Source: a bacterium (GTDB taxonomy: Bacteria; Bacillota_I; Bacilli_A; RF39; UBA660). Taken from it: DNA of 35,253 nucleotides. Of this stretch, positions 33,239-35,253 are shown piece by piece (the stretch's first letter is position 1; the number at the start of each line of letters is the position of its first letter). The position numbers were made by a program, and so were the translations under genes. The stretch is from contig JAQXHT010000075.1 in the NCBI GenBank assembly GCA_029007415.1, positions 1 to 35,253 on the forward strand. The letters run 5' to 3'. The notes below the pieces were generated by a model that saw only the letters and a list, made by a program, of their open reading frames with translations, was not told the origin of the DNA and did no database searches.

Positions 33239-34456
33239 ATGAGAATAAAAGTAGGAGTTATTTTTGGGGGAGAAAGTGTTGAACATGAAGTAAGTATAAT
33301 TACTGCTGTTCAAGCGATGAATAAAATTAATCAAGAAAAATATCAAATTGTACCTATCTATATTACCAAAGAAGGTGAGTGGTATACAGGAGATATGCTT
33401 CTTGATGTAGAAAGTTATCAAGACTTAGGTCTTATTAAAAAATATGCTAGTAATGTTGTGCTATATCGTAAAGATAACCAATTTGTATTACAAAGTAAAG
33501 GTTTCTTTAGAAAGGTAATTACTGATATTGATGTTGCTTTTCCAATTACCCATGGTACTAACGTAGAAGACGGAGTTTTACAAGGATATTTACAAACAGT
33601 AGGAATTCCTTATGTTGGACCTAATGTTTATGCTGGTGTAGTAGGACAAGATAAAGTTTACATGCGTGATATATTTAAAGCTAACGATATATCTATTCCT
33701 AATTACACTTGGTTCTATGATAGCGATTATAAAGATGATGCTGCTAGTGTAATCAAAAAGATTGAAAAGTTAAATTACCCAGTTATTGTTAAACCAGCAA
33801 CTACTGGTAGTAGTATAGGTATTGGTACTGCCAAAGATAAGAAGGAATTAGAGAAAGCTATTGATGAAGCTATTAATTATGATTCTAAGATTATTGTTGA
33901 AGAAATGGTACCTAACTTAATGGAAGTAAATATTTCTGTTCTTGGAAATCATTCATCACAAGAAGTTAGTGTTATTGAAGAAGTATTATCTACGCATAAC
34001 TTCTTAACATTTGAAGAAAAATATGTTGGTAGTAGCAAAGTTAAAGGAAAACTAGGAGCAAAATTAGCACCTCGTAAAGGGTCTAAAGGAATGGCTAGTG
34101 CTTCTCGTAAAATACCAGCAGATCTTACTGATAAGATGAAAGAAGAAGTAGAAGACTTAGCTGTTAGAGTATTTAAAGCCTTAGGAAGTAGTGGCGTAGC
34201 AAGAATAGATATGCTAGTTGACAAAAAAGCTAAGAAGGTTTACGTTAATGAAATCAATTCTATTCCTGGAAGTTTAGCATTCTATCTATGGGATAAGAAA
34301 GGTAAAGATTATACAACTTTACTAGATGAAATGATTAGTATTGCTATTAAAGATTATAAAGTTAGAACAAGTAAAGTTCATACTTTTGATAATAACATCC
34401 TACAAGGCTTTGCTAGTAGTAATGGACTAAAAGGTATGAAAGGAAAATTAAAGTAA
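33239..34456 (+). CDS. ddl: D-alanine--D-alanine ligase
   Basis: ORF 33230..34456. The ATG at 33239 sits 8 nt after GAAAGGA. Motifs are GGESVEHEVSIITA, VKPATTGSSIGI and NEINSIPG (ATP-grasp). Confidence 0.9.
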   Translation: MRIKVGVIFGGESVEHEVSIITAVQAMNKINQEKYQIVPIYITKEGEWYTGDMLLDVESYQDLGLIKKYASNVVLYRKDNQFVLQSKGFFRKVITDIDVAFPITHGTNVEDGVLQGYLQTVGIPYVGPNVYAGVVGQDKVYMRDIFKANDISIPNYTWFYDSDYKDDAASVIKKIEKLNYPVIVKPATTGSSIGIGTAKDKKELEKAIDEAINYDSKIIVEEMVPNLMEVNISVLGNHSSQEVSVIEEVLSTHNFLTFEEKYVGSSKVKGKLGAKLAPRKGSKGMASASRKIPADLTDKMKEEVEDLAVRVFKALGSSGVARIDMLVDKKAKKVYVNEINSIPGSLAFYLWDKKGKDYTTLLDEMISIAIKDYKVRTSKVHTFDNNILQGFASSNGLKGMKGKLK

Positions 34457-34505
34457 TAAATATATTCCAAAATTTTAGTTTACAATAAATGAAAGAGGTG
34501 TATTT

Positions 34506-34670
34506 ATGCATTTAGGTATGTTAATTTTACTTTTCTTTTTATATCTTGGAATAATCGCTTTATGTGTAATTGGTTTTAAAAGAAAAAATAAAAGATTGAA
34601 AATAGTAAGTATCTCCTTACTAGTAATAGCAATTATATTATCAATCTTAATTGGAATAATATATGGTTAG
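34506..34670 (+). CDS. Small two-helix membrane protein (54 aa)
   Basis: Hand translation gives MHLGMLILLFFLYLGIIALCVIGFKRKNKRLKIVSISLLVIAIILSILIGIIYG. The RBS is AAAGAGGTG. A terminator follows. Confidence 0.45.
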   Translation: MHLGMLILLFFLYLGIIALCVIGFKRKNKRLKIVSISLLVIAIILSILIGIIYG

Positions 34671-34690
34671 TAAGATTATGATAATTATTT

Positions 34691-34717
34691 AATGTCCTTA
34701 ATTGGGACATTTTTTTG
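34691..34717 (+). terminator. Rho-independent terminator
   Basis: AATGTCC pairs with GGACATT across a 7-nt loop, followed by a run of T. Confidence 0.65.
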
Positions 34718-34837
34718 TTGAGAAATGTCAGACATTATGATACTATTAAGATGTCAAGAATACTGATATTTGATGGCAGGATAATTGTTAATTAAAGGTA
34801 TAAATTTATTTTTAAGTGTAATCCTAAAAATGTTCTA

Positions 34838-35253
34838 ATGAAAGAAATAATAAGTAAATTAAAGACCACTACTATATCTAAAAGTTATATGTTTATACTA
34901 TTTGGAGTATGTACTTTAATGCTAACTGGGTATTTTTCTTATGCTTGGTTTACAGTTCAAGGAGTACAACAATATAGTGTAGTAACAGGTACTTTAAATG
35001 GAACAGTAGCAATAGGAACAAACTCTGTAGCAATTAATGGTCAAGGAGTAATAACTTATACACCAACAACAGATAATGACATTATAACTTTAACAGTAAC
35101 AAATACAAATGATAGGACAGTTAAAAACTCAATTTATTATTATAATCTATCTGACACTTCTATCGAAATAGGATATACTTCTGATAGTCCAACAGTACCA
35201 TCAACTCAAGGAGTATCAGTAGCACAAGGAAATACATTAACTTATAAGATAAA
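34838..35253 (+). CDS. Secreted protein with a TasA/SipW-type signal motif, paralog of 16366..16899 (3' end outside the window)
   Basis: Hand translation from the ATG at 34838 gives MKEIISKLKTTTISKSYMFILFGVCTLMLTGYFSYAWFTVQG..., and the frame stays open to the window edge. The RBS is weak. It is absent from the ORF track because there is no stop. Confidence 0.55.
   Translation, partial: MKEIISKLKTTTISKSYMFILFGVCTLMLTGYFSYAWFTVQGVQQYSVVTGTLNGTVAIGTNSVAINGQGVITYTPTTDNDIITLTVTNTNDRTVKNSIYYYNLSDTSIEIGYTSDSPTVPSTQGVSVAQGNTLTYKI

Noticed and set aside
1-35253. rRNA or tRNA genes, transposases, IS elements, integrases, and riboswitch or T-box leaders.
   Set aside because: Reading both strands found no GC-enriched structured stretch resembling a tRNA or rRNA, no DDE or serine/tyrosine recombinase motifs, and no leader long enough with recognisable conserved riboswitch cores. 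This cannot be fully excluded without a covariance-model scan.

Overview
This is a 35.3 kb, very AT-rich stretch of a low-GC Firmicutes (Bacillota) chromosome. PolC, a SufCDSUB operon with SufU, PrsA, LtaS, a sortase and MurF-Ddl point to a walled Bacilli/Erysipelotrichia-like organism. The standard genetic code applies, since TGA is used as a stop and Trp is TGG. Most of the window is housekeeping: prsA, a GNAT, a HIT protein, sufC-sufD-sufS-sufU-(unknown)-sufB, a short ssb, an XRE regulator, pdp, an LtaS-type synthase, a CaCA exchanger, rluB, ferredoxin, polC, an alpha/beta hydrolase, murF and ddl. I see no rRNA, tRNA, CRISPR array, transposase or integrase. The lineage-specific or unexplained parts are listed here. 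(1) A polC-linked, terminator-bounded cluster (28514-30832) holds a cytoplasmic Cys-His-Asp transglutaminase/NAT-fold protein, two tandem paralogous ~90-aa proteins with variable Ser/Thr-rich N-termini and a near-identical C-terminal module, and a membrane protein. This is my best candidate for an undescribed system. (2) A putative thioester-domain (TED) plus Cna-B-like surface adhesin carries a non-canonical VPNTK sorting signal and sits next to a sortase-like enzyme with no Arg after the catalytic Cys. (3) An AAA/DUF4143 ATPase is preceded by three perfect 13-bp direct repeats at a 23-bp period and followed by an unknown 279-aa protein. (4) MurF has its N-terminal domain replaced by about 185 aa of transmembrane helices. 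(5) An unknown ORF is translationally wedged between sufU and sufB. (6) Two paralogous secreted proteins have TasA/SipW-type signal motifs. (7) Two unannotated tiny transmembrane peptide genes lie in tandem. (8) A Fic pseudogene is frameshifted twice. (9) Several strong palindromic or hairpin elements occupy intergenic DNA. All functional calls come from reading motifs by eye. No database search was possible.
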